Shown in pieces: positions 30,832 through 41,290 of a stretch of 64,000 nucleotides of DNA. The stretch is from Candidatus Tayloriibacteriota bacterium (GTDB lineage Bacteria > Patescibacteriota > Minisyncoccia > Phycocordibacterales > PALSA-1337): positions 28,184 to 92,183 of the forward strand of contig JBPOID010000001.1 in assembly GCA_052034805.1 (NCBI GenBank). The letters run 5' to 3'. Every line of letters begins with the position of its first letter. The first letter of the stretch is position 1. The translations under genes and the position numbers were made by a program. The notes under the pieces are model-generated. The model was not told the DNA's origin, did no database searches, and was given only the letters and a program-made list of their open reading frames with translations.

Positions 30832-33800
30832 TTAATCCTCTATATCGATATCATTATCTTTTTTTATCAATTCGACATCCAATGAAAGTCCACGAAGTGA
30901 TTTTAGAAGCACATTAAATGATGCAGGAAGATTTGGTTGCTTCAATCTCTCACCCTTCACTATAGAATCGAATGCCTGAGAACGACCTTGTATATCATCA
31001 GACTTGATAGTTAGAATTTCACGCAATGTATATGCTGCTCCATGACCAAGCAATGCCCAGACTTCCATTTCTCCGAATCTCTGTCCTCCTCCTTGTGCCT
31101 TTCCTCCAAGTGGCTGTTGAGTAATAAGAGAATAAGGTCCGATAGAACGCATATGTATTTTGTCTTCCACCATATGATGAAGTTTCAATATATACATATA
31201 TCCTACAGCTACTGGTTGATCGAAATATTCTCCAGTTCTACCATCACGAAGTTTCATCTTTCCACTCTGATCAAATCCAGCTTTTACTAATTCTTCTTTT
31301 ATTTCTATATCTGTTGCTCCGGCGAATGCTGGAACTATAGCTTGATAATTCAAAGTATTTGCAGCGAGACCTAAGTGAAGTTCAAGTATCTGTCCAAGAT
31401 TCATACGTGAAGGCACACCGAGTGGTGTAAGTATCACATCCACAGGACGACCGTCTTCCATATATGGCATCTCTTCTTCTGGTAATATCTTTGAAATAAC
31501 TCCTTTATTTCCATGACGTCCAGCTAATTTGTCTCCTACTGATACACTTCTTAATTCTGCTACTTCTATATATATTCTCTTTATGATTCCAGAATCAAGT
31601 TTATCTCCTTTCTCTCTTGAGAAAATCTTTACAGATATAACTCTTCCACGCTTTCCACCTTCCATTCTCTTTGATGTATCTTTCACATCGCGAGCTTTCT
31701 CACCGAATATTGATCTGAGCAATCTCTCTTCAGGTGTTAGCTGTGTCTCACTCTTTGGTGAAATCTTTCCTACTAGAATATCTCCAGCACGAACCTCAGC
31801 TCCAACTCTAACTATTCCATCTTCTGCAAGATTCTTTAATTTTCCTTCACCAACATTAGGAATATCACAAGTTGTGATTTCTGGTCCTAGCTTTGTATCA
31901 CGAACATTCACAACGAATTCTTCTATATGAATAGAAGCGAATTTACTATTTTTAACAACTCTTTCAGAAAGAATAATAGCGTCTTCATAGTTACTACCTG
32001 ACCATGACATAAATGCTACAAGCATATTCTGTCCCAAAGCTATTTCTCCACCATCAGAAGTAGAAGTATCAACAAGAACATCTCCTTTCTTTACCTTATC
32101 ACCTAGATTTACAATAGGACGTTGATGGAATGCTGTGAATCCATTTGTTCTAGAGAAATGAACTAGATTATATTCATGTTTCTTTCCACTCTTCTTTCCT
32201 TCCAATATAACTTTCTTTGAATCTACATATACTATTTCACCATCTTCAGGAGCAAGCATTATACGGCCTGTATTTATAACGGCATTTCTTTCCATACCAG
32301 TAGCAACAAGAGGCGCTTCAGGTATAAGACAAGGAGTTGCTTGCTTTTGCATATTAGATCCCATGAGTGCACGGTTTGCATCATTGTGATTTAGGAATGG
32401 TATAAGTGAAGTAGCAATAGAGAAAGCTTGATTTGTAGATATGTCTATATAATCAACATCTTCTTTCTTTGCTAGACTTGGTTTACCATTTATACGTATT
32501 TCTACTTCATCTGATGTTATATTTCCTGAACTTACATCATAAGGAATAGCAGCATGAGCAATACGATAATTCTCTTCTTCCAAAGCATTAAGATATACAA
32601 CTTCACCTGTTATTTTTCCATTCTTTACCTTTACATAAGGAGTTTCTATCATTCCGAAATCATTTACACGAGCAAATATAGATAGACGCAATACTAGACC
32701 GATGTTTGGACCTTCTGGGGTATGTATTGGACATAGACGACCATAGTGAGATGGGTGTACGTCACGAACTTCGAATCCAGCACGATCTCTTACCAATCCT
32801 CCAGGTCCTAGAGCAGTCAATGTACGTAAATGTTCTACTTCTGCTAGAACATTTTCTTGTAGCATAAACTGTGATAGCTGGTTTGTAGTAAAGAATTCTT
32901 TTATACGAGCTTGAAGAGGTCTAGGGAAAACGAAATTAACAGGCAGAGTAACGTCTGGTTCTATTGTAGACATTTTATCCTGTATATTTCTCTTCATCTG
33001 TGTCATACCAACACGGAATTTCTGTTGTAATAATTCTCCAACATATCTTACACGACGACTTCCTAGATGATCTATATCATCTTCTCTTGATTCTGGAGTA
33101 TTATTTAGAAGTACTATATGTGAGATTATTGTAGCAATATCGTCTAATGATATAGTCTTATTCTCCAAATCCTTTTCATCCATTGATTTATTAAATCTTT
33201 TGTTGAAACGAAAACGTCCCACCTTGGATAGATCATATCTTTCAGGCTTGAATATATCTCCGATGAATTCACGTGCATTGTCAGCTGTAGCTAGATCACC
33301 GTCACGAAGTCTCTTATGTATTTCTACATAAGCTTCATCTACTGTTTTTGCATGATCCTTGGCCAAAGTTAAATCTATAACTTTCTTTGCATCTAAATCA
33401 TTTTTAAATAAATCTACTATTTCTTCATTTGTCTTTGCACCTAATATACGTAGTAATGAAGTTATTGGGAACTTTCTCTTTTTATCTATACGTACATATA
33501 CAGTACCATCTGTATCTGATTCTATTTCCATCCATACACCTCTAGCTGGAATTATCTTTGCTCCAAAGAAATTCTTTCCTTTTAATTCATTCAATGTAAA
33601 GAAAATACCGAACGAACGAGCAAGTTGTGGCACTATCACGCGCTCTATACCATTTATTATAAATGTTCCATGATCTGTCATGAGAGGAAGATCAGCAAGA
33701 AACATCTCTTGTTCCTTTAGAGAGTCTTGTATTTTGTTCTTTAGTTTTACTTTGGCTTTTATTTGCCCTTCGTATGTAAGTTTATTCAACTTTGCATAAT

Positions 33801-34014
33801 GCTCATCGTATTTTGGTTTAGATATTTCAAATCCAGAGAATGATAGTTCGAATTTCTTGCCAGCATAATCCTTTATTGTAGAAAATTCTTTTAACACTTC
33901 TCCTATACCAGTCTCTATAAGCCAATTGAAAGAAGCGCATTGTGATTCTACTAGATCCGGAACTGGCACTATAGAGTCTTTGTATCTCTTAAAATACTTT
34001 TTTGTGGTTTGCAT
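30832..34014 (-). CDS. rpoB: DNA-directed RNA polymerase subunit beta. Start taken at ATG (MQTTKKYF) rather than the upstream TTG in the track.
   Basis: Collinear with RpoB: PLMTDHGTFIINGIERVIV ... GEMEVWAL. Confidence 0.95.
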   Translation of the reverse strand: MQTTKKYFKRYKDSIVPVPDLVESQCASFNWLIETGIGEVLKEFSTIKDYAGKKFELSFSGFEISKPKYDEHYAKLNKLTYEGQIKAKVKLKNKIQDSLKEQEMFLADLPLMTDHGTFIINGIERVIVPQLARSFGIFFTLNELKGKNFFGAKIIPARGVWMEIESDTDGTVYVRIDKKRKFPITSLLRILGAKTNEEIVDLFKNDLDAKKVIDLTLAKDHAKTVDEAYVEIHKRLRDGDLATADNAREFIGDIFKPERYDLSKVGRFRFNKRFNKSMDEKDLENKTISLDDIATIISHIVLLNNTPESREDDIDHLGSRRVRYVGELLQQKFRVGMTQMKRNIQDKMSTIEPDVTLPVNFVFPRPLQARIKEFFTTNQLSQFMLQENVLAEVEHLRTLTALGPGGLVRDRAGFEVRDVHPSHYGRLCPIHTPEGPNIGLVLRLSIFARVNDFGMIETPYVKVKNGKITGEVVYLNALEEENYRIAHAAIPYDVSSGNITSDEVEIRINGKPSLAKKEDVDYIDISTNQAFSIATSLIPFLNHNDANRALMGSNMQKQATPCLIPEAPLVATGMERNAVINTGRIMLAPEDGEIVYVDSKKVILEGKKSGKKHEYNLVHFSRTNGFTAFHQRPIVNLGDKVKKGDVLVDTSTSDGGEIALGQNMLVAFMSWSGSNYEDAIILSERVVKNSKFASIHIEEFVVNVRDTKLGPEITTCDIPNVGEGKLKNLAEDGIVRVGAEVRAGDILVGKISPKSETQLTPEERLLRSIFGEKARDVKDTSKRMEGGKRGRVISVKIFSREKGDKLDSGIIKRIYIEVAELRSVSVGDKLAGRHGNKGVISKILPEEEMPYMEDGRPVDVILTPLGVPSRMNLGQILELHLGLAANTLNYQAIVPAFAGATDIEIKEELVKAGFDQSGKMKLRDGRTGEYFDQPVAVGYMYILKLHHMVEDKIHMRSIGPYSLITQQPLGGKAQGGGQRFGEMEVWALLGHGAAYTLREILTIKSDDIQGRSQAFDSIVKGERLKQPNLPASFNVLLKSLRGLSLDVELIKKDNDIDIED

Positions 34015-34287
34015 ATGTTTTTTATAAAAATAATTATACTTTACAAACAAATACCCAGATACACAAAATTACGCATGTCAATAGCGTAATTTAGTTAAAA
34101 ATTTATTGGGATAGTGTTTGCAAGAGAATAATAAGGGGTAGGACCAATTTAAAGCCTTGTAATCCTTCACTTTTTCGATCATAACACAATCTTGCGAAGT
34201 TCTGTCTAGACTATCAGATTGGTAGAGATTGTCAATAGGTTTATCAACAAAAAATGAATAAATAAAATATTTTATAGAATAAATATC

Positions 34288-34328
34288 TGATAAAGAAAAT
34301 CGCCAAAGGAATAGAACCTTTGGCGATT
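34288..34328 (-). terminator. Rho-independent terminator for the 34360-35574 gene
   Basis: Perfect 11-bp stem ATCGCCAAAGG/CCTTTGGCGAT, followed on the minus strand by TTTTCTTTAT. Confidence 0.55.
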
Positions 34329-34359
34329 ATAATACAAACGAAGAACAAATAACTGAAAC

Positions 34360-35574
34360 CTAGAGAGTGGTAACAAACTTTAACTTATCTAGGCCGTAGG
34401 TAATCCAATTCGAGTTAAGGACACTAGTATCCTTACCGAAGTTGAAGGAAAAAAATGAGACCTCCGTCAACCCATGTCCCGAACCTGGGACTCGAGAAAG
34501 AGAACCGTCGAACACCAACTGCCGGCTCGTACCAGCCGGAATGACTAAATACTTATCAGTATCTCCTGCAATATTTGCAGGAATAGCTTCAGCTGGAGAA
34601 TACCGATAAATCGTATTGACACCCACCATGATACCAGCAGAAACAGCAGGATCCTTTGCTACATACAATGTGTCATTCCCTGCCGTCACTGTCATGTTAA
34701 AGGTGATTCCCTGACCAACCACTTCGTTGTTTACAACTATAAACGATCCAGCGGTGACTTTTAGTCCCGAAAGGACCGCACCGAGGGAAGTGAAGGTTAT
34801 ATCCTCACTTGATGGCATTGCATCTTTAACCGCAATAGCCTTGGAATTAGAATCCAAAACTTCTGGATTATTATACGTACCACCATCAACACCACTCACA
34901 GGGAAAGATGTGTACACTGTAGCTCCCGATAATGTTCCGTCAGTATCTTGATTCAATTTTCCATAAATACTGACCGTAACAGAGTTATCAATGGATAGTG
35001 CTTCAACCATGTTTTTGAACACTACAAATCCATCGAAACTACCCGTGATCGAATCAGCAGAATATGTCTGGCCATTTACCAGAAGCTTAATATCTGCAAA
35101 CAATGCACTGATCTCTTTCCTTGTGGTATGAAATCGAATCCTCAGATTCGAAAGTTTCCCAGAGGAGATACCTTGTGCTTTGATATCATATCTCCCAATC
35201 AGAACATTGTCTGTCTGTTCTGTTTTAGAGATCTGCACTACACTCATCATAGGAGATGAGGGTGAAATAGTGACCATAACAATATGCGTTAAATAATCAC
35301 TGACTCGATAGAATCTTTGCCCCACTGCCTCGGTGTCTACATAACTGTAAACACCGGAAGGATTCGCCGGAATGACCGCTAGATCATTCCAACTACCATC
35401 AACTTTGGTGGCATATTGAATCTGATAGCTTTTTCCAGGATCTCCCGTAAAGGAAATCTGTGGAATCTGCTTGATGCCGAGTGTGATCGGTGCTTGTGCC
35501 GACACCTCAAAACCAATTACAGACGCCATAACTACCACAACCAGCAATGCAATCAACTTGATAGTATTTTTCAT
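34360..35574 (-). CDS. Secreted beta-rich protein of unknown function, G+C-atypical
   Basis: Signal peptide MKNTIKLIALLVVVVMASVIGFEVSAQA. G+C clearly above the flanks. Own consensus promoter, GAGGAG SD and terminator. Confidence 0.6.
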   Translation of the reverse strand: MKNTIKLIALLVVVVMASVIGFEVSAQAPITLGIKQIPQISFTGDPGKSYQIQYATKVDGSWNDLAVIPANPSGVYSYVDTEAVGQRFYRVSDYLTHIVMVTISPSSPMMSVVQISKTEQTDNVLIGRYDIKAQGISSGKLSNLRIRFHTTRKEISALFADIKLLVNGQTYSADSITGSFDGFVVFKNMVEALSIDNSVTVSIYGKLNQDTDGTLSGATVYTSFPVSGVDGGTYNNPEVLDSNSKAIAVKDAMPSSEDITFTSLGAVLSGLKVTAGSFIVVNNEVVGQGITFNMTVTAGNDTLYVAKDPAVSAGIMVGVNTIYRYSPAEAIPANIAGDTDKYLVIPAGTSRQLVFDGSLSRVPGSGHGLTEVSFFSFNFGKDTSVLNSNWITYGLDKLKFVTTL

Positions 35575-35640
35575 TCTAATTCTCCTCTTCTCTGTTTTTG
35601 TTTGTTGTTGTTTCAGTTTTTAATTGTCAAAACTCCTATA

Positions 35641-35669
35641 ATATTAGCATATTAATAGCTATTTGTCAA
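35641..35669 (-). promoter_or_regulatory. sigma70-type promoter TTGACA-17-TAATAT for the 34360-35574 gene
   Basis: On the minus strand, TTGACA (plus 35664-35669) and TAATAT (plus 35641-35646). GAGGAG SD lies 7 nt before the ATG. Confidence 0.45.
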
Positions 35670-35719
35670 TGATAATATGGTCTTGCAATTACTTATTAAA
35701 TCTATGTAATTTGGAGCTT

Positions 35720-36682
35720 TTATTGACTAATACCGGATTCATCAACTCTTATAGGTATATCTATATAGTCTATTTTCAGAGAACCTTCATAATTCTTTCT
35801 TATATTCATATTGACCATAAGCCCAGTCATTGTTTCTTCACTAAAATATTGATCAAAAGCAAAATTACCCAATGAATAATATATTTTCTTTCCTTTATAT
35901 TCTTCCTTATCCCCTATTATATGTGAATGACTACCTATAACAGCATCAGCACCAGAATCTATGAATCCATGTGCCCATTTCCTCATATTATTCGTTGGTT
36001 CATTTTCATACTCTATACCCCAATGTGGTGATACTATAAGTATATCCACTTTATCTCTTAAGATTTTTATTTCATTTATAATCCTATCAAAATTAATATA
36101 GGTAAATTCATGAAAACCTACAAAGCCTATAACTATTCCATTTTTCTCTATAATAGTGCTTAAATCTGTAAAATTATTCGGATCACCATAATAAAGTATA
36201 TTATTTTTCTTTAAATAATCTTTTGTTGTATTAAATCCAGAAATACCGAAATTCATAGTATGATTATTCGCTAAACCGAATATATCAAAACCTAAATCAT
36301 GTAATTTGGGTATAAGTTTAGGATTAAAAGTAAATTTTAAACTTTTATCTATAAGCGATGTCGTAATACTTGGATTATCTGTAAAAGGTCCTTCGAGATT
36401 TGCGACTGCTATGTCAGCATTATTTATTATGTCCCTTACACCTTCAAAATATTTATCGAATCCCTTTTTATCTATAACATTTGAAACATTCCTATCCAAC
36501 ATCATATCTCCAACTATTATTATATTTATATTTTTTTCTTGAGATAAGAAATTATTGAATATTTCGGGAGAAGTAAAATAATATTCTTTATATAAATCTT
36601 TATTTAGAAATAAAAAGACAGAAATTGCAGAAAATACAATAAATATTATTAAAGAATATTTAATTATCTTTTTTCCATTCAT
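35720..36682 (-). CDS. CapA/PgsA-family metallophosphoesterase-like protein
   Basis: N-terminal TM, NLEGPFTD ... ANNHTMNFG ... GSHSHIIGD pattern. Confidence 0.6.
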   Translation of the reverse strand: MNGKKIIKYSLIIFIVFSAISVFLFLNKDLYKEYYFTSPEIFNNFLSQEKNINIIIVGDMMLDRNVSNVIDKKGFDKYFEGVRDIINNADIAVANLEGPFTDNPSITTSLIDKSLKFTFNPKLIPKLHDLGFDIFGLANNHTMNFGISGFNTTKDYLKKNNILYYGDPNNFTDLSTIIEKNGIVIGFVGFHEFTYINFDRIINEIKILRDKVDILIVSPHWGIEYENEPTNNMRKWAHGFIDSGADAVIGSHSHIIGDKEEYKGKKIYYSLGNFAFDQYFSEETMTGLMVNMNIRKNYEGSLKIDYIDIPIRVDESGISQ

Positions 36683-37358
36683 TTATTTTTTCATGATTAC
36701 CAGAAAGCAAAACTTTTGGAACTTTATATTTCTTTCCTTTATATTCTATAATCTCTGGACGAGTATATACATCACTAGAAGCTATACGTGTTTCTTCTAG
36801 AGAATTAATATCACCTAATACCCCCTTTATTTGTCTTCCTATACTATCTATAAGTATCATTGCTGGTAATTCCCCACCAGTAAGCACAAAAGGTCCTACA
36901 GATATTTCTTCTACTTTAAAAACTTTTTTTACTCTGGCATCTATACCTTCATATCTACCACAAATAAATATTATATCGGTGTATTTATTGGCTACACTTT
37001 TGGCATATTCTGTATCGAATTGTTTACCCGAAGGAGTAAACCATATAATCTTAATCTTTTTAGATTTTATTTTGCTTTTTGCTTTTTGTATTGCTTTTAT
37101 AATAGGTAATGCTTCGATAACCATACCTGGTCCACCACCATAAGGTTTATCATCAACTCTTCTGTCTGCATAACTTTGTTTTTTTCCTTTTCTTGATGAA
37201 ATAGTAAAATCTCTAGGATTATAGAATTTCACTTTTATTTTCTTATTTTCTATTGCACGTTTCAATATAGACTCAGAGAGATATGAGTCGAATACTTGTG
37301 GAAAAAGTGAAATTATATGGTAATTCATAATAATAAAACTGTAGTAATACATTACCAC
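36660..37358 (-). CDS. trmD: tRNA (guanine37-N1)-methyltransferase
   Basis: ISLFPQVFDSYL, GGGPGMV, GRYEGIDARV SPOUT knot motifs. Confidence 0.85.
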   Translation of the reverse strand: MVMYYYSFIIMNYHIISLFPQVFDSYLSESILKRAIENKKIKVKFYNPRDFTISSRKGKKQSYADRRVDDKPYGGGPGMVIEALPIIKAIQKAKSKIKSKKIKIIWFTPSGKQFDTEYAKSVANKYTDIIFICGRYEGIDARVKKVFKVEEISVGPFVLTGGELPAMILIDSIGRQIKGVLGDINSLEETRIASSDVYTRPEIIEYKGKKYKVPKVLLSGNHEKINEWKKDN

Positions 37359-37388
37359 AGTTTTATCATTTTGTCATTTAAAATTGTA

Positions 37389-37700
37389 TTAGATTTTCAA
37401 ATCTGCCATAGCTTCATCTACTGTCTTTGAAGCCTTTTCTACTCTAGGAACGCCACCTTCTGGTTCATTTATCTTTAGATTTACTCTAGAATTATTCTTC
37501 ATACCCACAACTCGTAGAAGTGTTCTTATGGCCTTTGCTGTATTTCCTGAACGGCCTATAACCTTTCCCATATCGGCTGCATTTACTTCGAGAGTCATTA
37601 GAACTCCCATTTCATCTACTGTTCGAGTTATCTTTACATCATTTTGATTATCTACTAGAGCCTTTATTACATACTCTAGGAATTGCTGATCATTATTCAT
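37389..37700 (-). CDS. KH-domain RNA-binding protein (YlqC/UPF0109-like)
   Basis: VIGRSGNTAKAIRTLL type GxxG KH motif. Position between rpsP and trmD. Confidence 0.75.
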   Translation of the reverse strand: MNNDQQFLEYVIKALVDNQNDVKITRTVDEMGVLMTLEVNAADMGKVIGRSGNTAKAIRTLLRVVGMKNNSRVNLKINEPEGGVPRVEKASKTVDEAMADLKI

Positions 37701-37849
37701 TTTCTTTGGAATATTTATTTTTAATTCTTCACAGTAACGACAGTACTGCTTTGCTTTAATTGTAACCTGATAGTCTGTATCGTCAACTGAGTTTTACACA
37801 GTTGAATAATATAAATAGATAGATTGAATAATAGCTATATAAAGAAAGA

Positions 37850-38208
37850 TTAAGCAGTTGCAGTCTCTGTTTTTGGAGCTTCTGCCTTTGCTGCTTCTTC
37901 ACCTGAAGTTGCCTTGATTATTGGCTTTTTCTTTGGGAGAGCATTCATCTTTTTGCCTTCTATTACCTTTTTTGAAACTAGGAAATTATGTACTGTTACA
38001 GATAATTTTGCACCTTTACTTATCCAATGCTTTATCTTTGGTAAATCAAATTGATCTACTTTATTATCTAATCTAGCATCATAAGATCCTAGAACTTCTA
38101 TATATTTTCCGCTCTTTGGACCATTCTTGGAATCAGTAAGAACTAGCCTGAATTTTGGTTCATGCTTTCTTCCCACCCTTTGTAATCGTATCATTAACAT
38201 AAGAGCCA
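37850..38208 (-). CDS. rpsP: Ribosomal protein bS16
   Basis: MALMLMIRLQRVGRKHEPKFRLVLTDS... The track's 220-aa ORF is an upstream in-frame extension. Confidence 0.85.
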
Positions 38209-38255
38209 TACTATCAGACCTATGAAAAAAAGGCAATATAGGGTATAGTATTCGG

Positions 38256-40193
38256 GTGAAAAACAATAAAAGAAACGATAAAATAATAGGTAAAATAAGG
38301 ACTATAAGAAAAGGCCTCGGATTCGTAGAAGATCCAAATGATGAGGAAAACGATATAGTAATAAAAGAAGACAAACTCAATTTCGCATTAAACAATGACA
38401 TTGTTGAAGTCATTTTCCATGGAAAAGGTGAAGACAAAAATGGTGAAGTTATAAAAATAATAGAAAGATCCAGAGAAATCTTCGTAGGTACAGTAGAAAT
38501 ACGCGATGGCAAAACAGGAGTAATACCTGATGATAAAAAACTTTATATAGACTTCATGTTAAATGATGAAGAAGCAAAAAAAGTAAAAGCTCATGATAAA
38601 GTCCAAATAAAAATAGGAAAATGGATTGATAGCAATAAAAATCCAGAAGGAAATATAATAAAAGTTATAGGTGAAAAAGGAAATAATAATGTAGAAATGG
38701 AATCTATAGTATTAGAAAAAGGATTTGAAATAAATTTCCCAGATGATGTAGAAAAAGAAGCAAATAAAATAGAGAAAAATAAAATAAAAGATATTGAAAA
38801 TGAAATACCTAAAAGAAGAGATTTCAGAAAAACTTTGACTTTCACTATTGATCCATTTGATGCAAAGGATTTCGACGATGCTATATCATACAAAGACCTA
38901 GGTAATGGAGAATACGAAATAGGCGTTCATATAGCCGATGTATCACATTATGTAATAGAAAATAGCGCATTAGATAAAGAAGGCTTCAAACGTGGCTGTT
39001 CTATATATCTAGTAGATCGTACTATACCTATGCTTCCAGAAATACTTTCTAATGATGTATGTAGTCTAAACCCAAATGAAGACAAACTCACCTTCTCTGC
39101 AGTTTTTGTCATGAATGATAAAGCACAAATAAAAGAAAGATGGTTCGGCAAAACAATAATAAACTCTACACATAGATTTACTTATGAAAATGCACAGGAA
39201 TCTCTTAATTCTAAAACAGGCAAATATTATAATGAATTAAAAAAGCTCAATGAAATTGCAAAAGTTCTACAAAAAGAGAAATTCAATAAAGGTGCAATAG
39301 AATTCGAACAAGAAGAAATAAAATTCAAATTGGATCAGAATGGTAAACCCATAGGAGTATATAAAAAAGAAAGATTAGATACACATAAATTAGTAGAAGA
39401 ATATATGTTACTTGCAAACCGCGAAGTGGCGAAACATATCTTTGATTCAATAAAGAAAAAAGGTAAAAAAGATACCGGTTCAATATATAGAATTCATGAT
39501 ATACCAGATCAAGAAAAAATGATGGATTTATCTATTTTCGTAAAAGCTTTAGGATACAATCTAAAAGTAAAAGATGGCAAAGCAACAGCTCATGATATAA
39601 AGAGTTTGTTAAAACAAGTAAAAGGAACCGTGCATGAAGCACTCATATCAACAGCAGTTATTAGATCAATGCAAAAAGCAGTATATTCTACAAAGAATAT
39701 CGGGCATTTCGGTTTGGCATTTGATTATTATACCCATTTCACATCCCCTATTAGACGTTATCCAGATTTACTTATACAAAGAATATTACAAAGACATTTA
39801 CATCATGAACCATTCGGAGATAGAGAAATAGTAGAATTCCAGAAAATAGCAGAGAGATCTACAGAAAGAGAAATAGATGCCGCCGACGCAGAAAGAGCTT
39901 CAAAGAAATTGAAACAAGTAGAATACATGAGCGATAAAATAGGTATGGAATTCCAAGGAACAATATCAGGAGTAACAGAATGGGGCCTATATGTAGAAGA
40001 ATTAGAAACAAAATCAGAAGGAATGATAAAGATAAGAGATTTGGGCGATGATTTCTATAATTTCAATAAAAAAACTTATTCAATAAAAGGAGAAAAAACC
40101 GGAAAGACATTTACCTTAGGTAGTCCAATAAAGTTCAAGGTTATAGGTGCTGATTTGGATAAGAAAGTATTAGATTTCAGTTTGGTGGAGTAA
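38256..40193 (+). CDS. rnr: Ribonuclease R (RNB family)
   Basis: Cold-shock-like N-terminus, RNB core (RRDFRKTLTFTIDPFDAKDFDDA, NIGHFGLA...YTHFTSPIRRYPDL), C-terminal S1. Confidence 0.85.
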   Translation: MKNNKRNDKIIGKIRTIRKGLGFVEDPNDEENDIVIKEDKLNFALNNDIVEVIFHGKGEDKNGEVIKIIERSREIFVGTVEIRDGKTGVIPDDKKLYIDFMLNDEEAKKVKAHDKVQIKIGKWIDSNKNPEGNIIKVIGEKGNNNVEMESIVLEKGFEINFPDDVEKEANKIEKNKIKDIENEIPKRRDFRKTLTFTIDPFDAKDFDDAISYKDLGNGEYEIGVHIADVSHYVIENSALDKEGFKRGCSIYLVDRTIPMLPEILSNDVCSLNPNEDKLTFSAVFVMNDKAQIKERWFGKTIINSTHRFTYENAQESLNSKTGKYYNELKKLNEIAKVLQKEKFNKGAIEFEQEEIKFKLDQNGKPIGVYKKERLDTHKLVEEYMLLANREVAKHIFDSIKKKGKKDTGSIYRIHDIPDQEKMMDLSIFVKALGYNLKVKDGKATAHDIKSLLKQVKGTVHEALISTAVIRSMQKAVYSTKNIGHFGLAFDYYTHFTSPIRRYPDLLIQRILQRHLHHEPFGDREIVEFQKIAERSTEREIDAADAERASKKLKQVEYMSDKIGMEFQGTISGVTEWGLYVEELETKSEGMIKIRDLGDDFYNFNKKTYSIKGEKTGKTFTLGSPIKFKVIGADLDKKVLDFSLVE

Positions 40194-40214
40194 AGCAAAT
40201 TAATACTAACTAGT

Positions 40215-40652
40215 ATGTTTACCTTTAGTCAATATCCTTATAAAAAAATATCCAATATATTAATGAAAGCCAAGAAAAGCCGGGAGCGTAAAGAGATAAT
40301 TCAGGCTCTTATTTCATTTACTGATATTTTATACAAAACTATTTCCAATATTTCATCTTATAAACCATTAATATTATTCACAATTGATCCTAATATGATT
40401 TTTCCAGGAAAACATAGAGAATTATCTACTGAAAAACTCGAAACAGAAATAACATCATCTGGCTATATTGATCAATTATTAGAAATAATTGGTATTTATA
40501 ATCATAGAGAAATATCAGATTCTATATCAGACGCTATATCAGACTTGCATGCAGATATGTCTCGTGGGATTAAAGATATTTCTGAGAAAAAAGAAATATT
40601 AATTAACTCTATTAATAATTTAAAAAAGGTTTTGCAGGATTTAGTATATTAA
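40215..40652 (+). CDS. Hypothetical protein (host-like AT-rich)
   Basis: ORF only. No recognisable domain. Confidence 0.35.
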   Translation: MFTFSQYPYKKISNILMKAKKSRERKEIIQALISFTDILYKTISNISSYKPLILFTIDPNMIFPGKHRELSTEKLETEITSSGYIDQLLEIIGIYNHREISDSISDAISDLHADMSRGIKDISEKKEILINSINNLKKVLQDLVY

Positions 40653-40660
40653 TTTTTAAG

Positions 40661-40677
40661 CTCTATAACACTACCAT
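40661..40677 (+). repeat. Island direct repeat copy R1 (CTCTATAACACTACCAT, followed by CTAAACCCTAAA)
   Basis: Core 17-mer shared with copies at 41331, 41721 and 42146. Confidence 0.75.
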
Positions 40678-40784
40678 CCTCTAAACCCTAAAAAATCAAC
40701 AAATTTAATATCCGCAAGAATCGTCCCCATTTTTTATTTTCAATCTCATCTTATTCATAAGCATATAAAGATGGTTTTATATAA

Positions 40785-40824
40785 CAAGTAAAATTAAACC
40801 GCACTTTGCATAAGCATTGTGCGG
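40785..40824 (-). terminator. Rho-independent terminator downstream of island ORF A
   Basis: Minus-strand hairpin CCGCAC-14-GTGCGG followed by TTTAATTTT. A second hairpin GTGACAG/TGTCAC lies at 40834-40859. Confidence 0.45.
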
Positions 40825-40953
40825 TCTCAAAATGTGACAGTTTGTTCTCGAGATGTCACCCATCTCAACGTACTGCATACGAGGCTCACGCTTTTAAAAA
40901 GGTGACAACAATGGAGCTTCTGAATTGAAGGCGGCTCCATCCTTCATTCGTCA

Positions 40954-41214
40954 CTATCCTGCGATAGCTATGAACGTGCCTTGCTCAATAACATGCTTTG
41001 GGTCCACAAATGGTCCGTACCCCTCGATGTAAAGATGGTAAAAACCAATCGAATCCCGAGAGCAGGCCAAGACAGGGCTTTTGAACCCAAAGAGGAGTAA
41101 CGATATTTCCTCATAGGATGCAACATTCATTTTCTCACGTCTCAATTCCTCCAAGATTTCTCCAAGAGGTTTTGACTTATTGACGTGGACGAAAGTGTGT
41201 TTGCTGAGGCTCAT
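40954..41214 (-). CDS. Island ORF A, 86-aa hypothetical protein (MSLSKHTFVHVNKSKPLGEILEELRRE...)
   Basis: ATG at 41214 with AAAGGA SD 5 nt upstream. The track's longer form starts at a TTG. G+C-rich. Confidence 0.5.
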   Translation of the reverse strand: MSLSKHTFVHVNKSKPLGEILEELRREKMNVASYEEISLLLFGFKSPVLACSRDSIGFYHLYIEGYGPFVDPKHVIEQGTFIAIAG

Positions 41215-41290
41215 AAAGGTCCTTTTTCTGGTGCTCAAAGGCGCACCTGCTTAAAGCCTTGAAATTCAATGATCTAATTACTTATATCAT

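Noticed and set aside
34015-34050. TTG start, 12 codons upstream, for rpoB
   Set aside because: Conserved RpoB alignment begins at MQTTKKYF (ATG at 34012-34014), and the -10 TATAAT lies within the putative extension.
37850-38512. 220-aa form of the S16 gene
   Set aside because: Only the last 119 aa match bS16. The upstream part is an in-frame run overlapping the rnr start region on the other strand. Start set at 38208.
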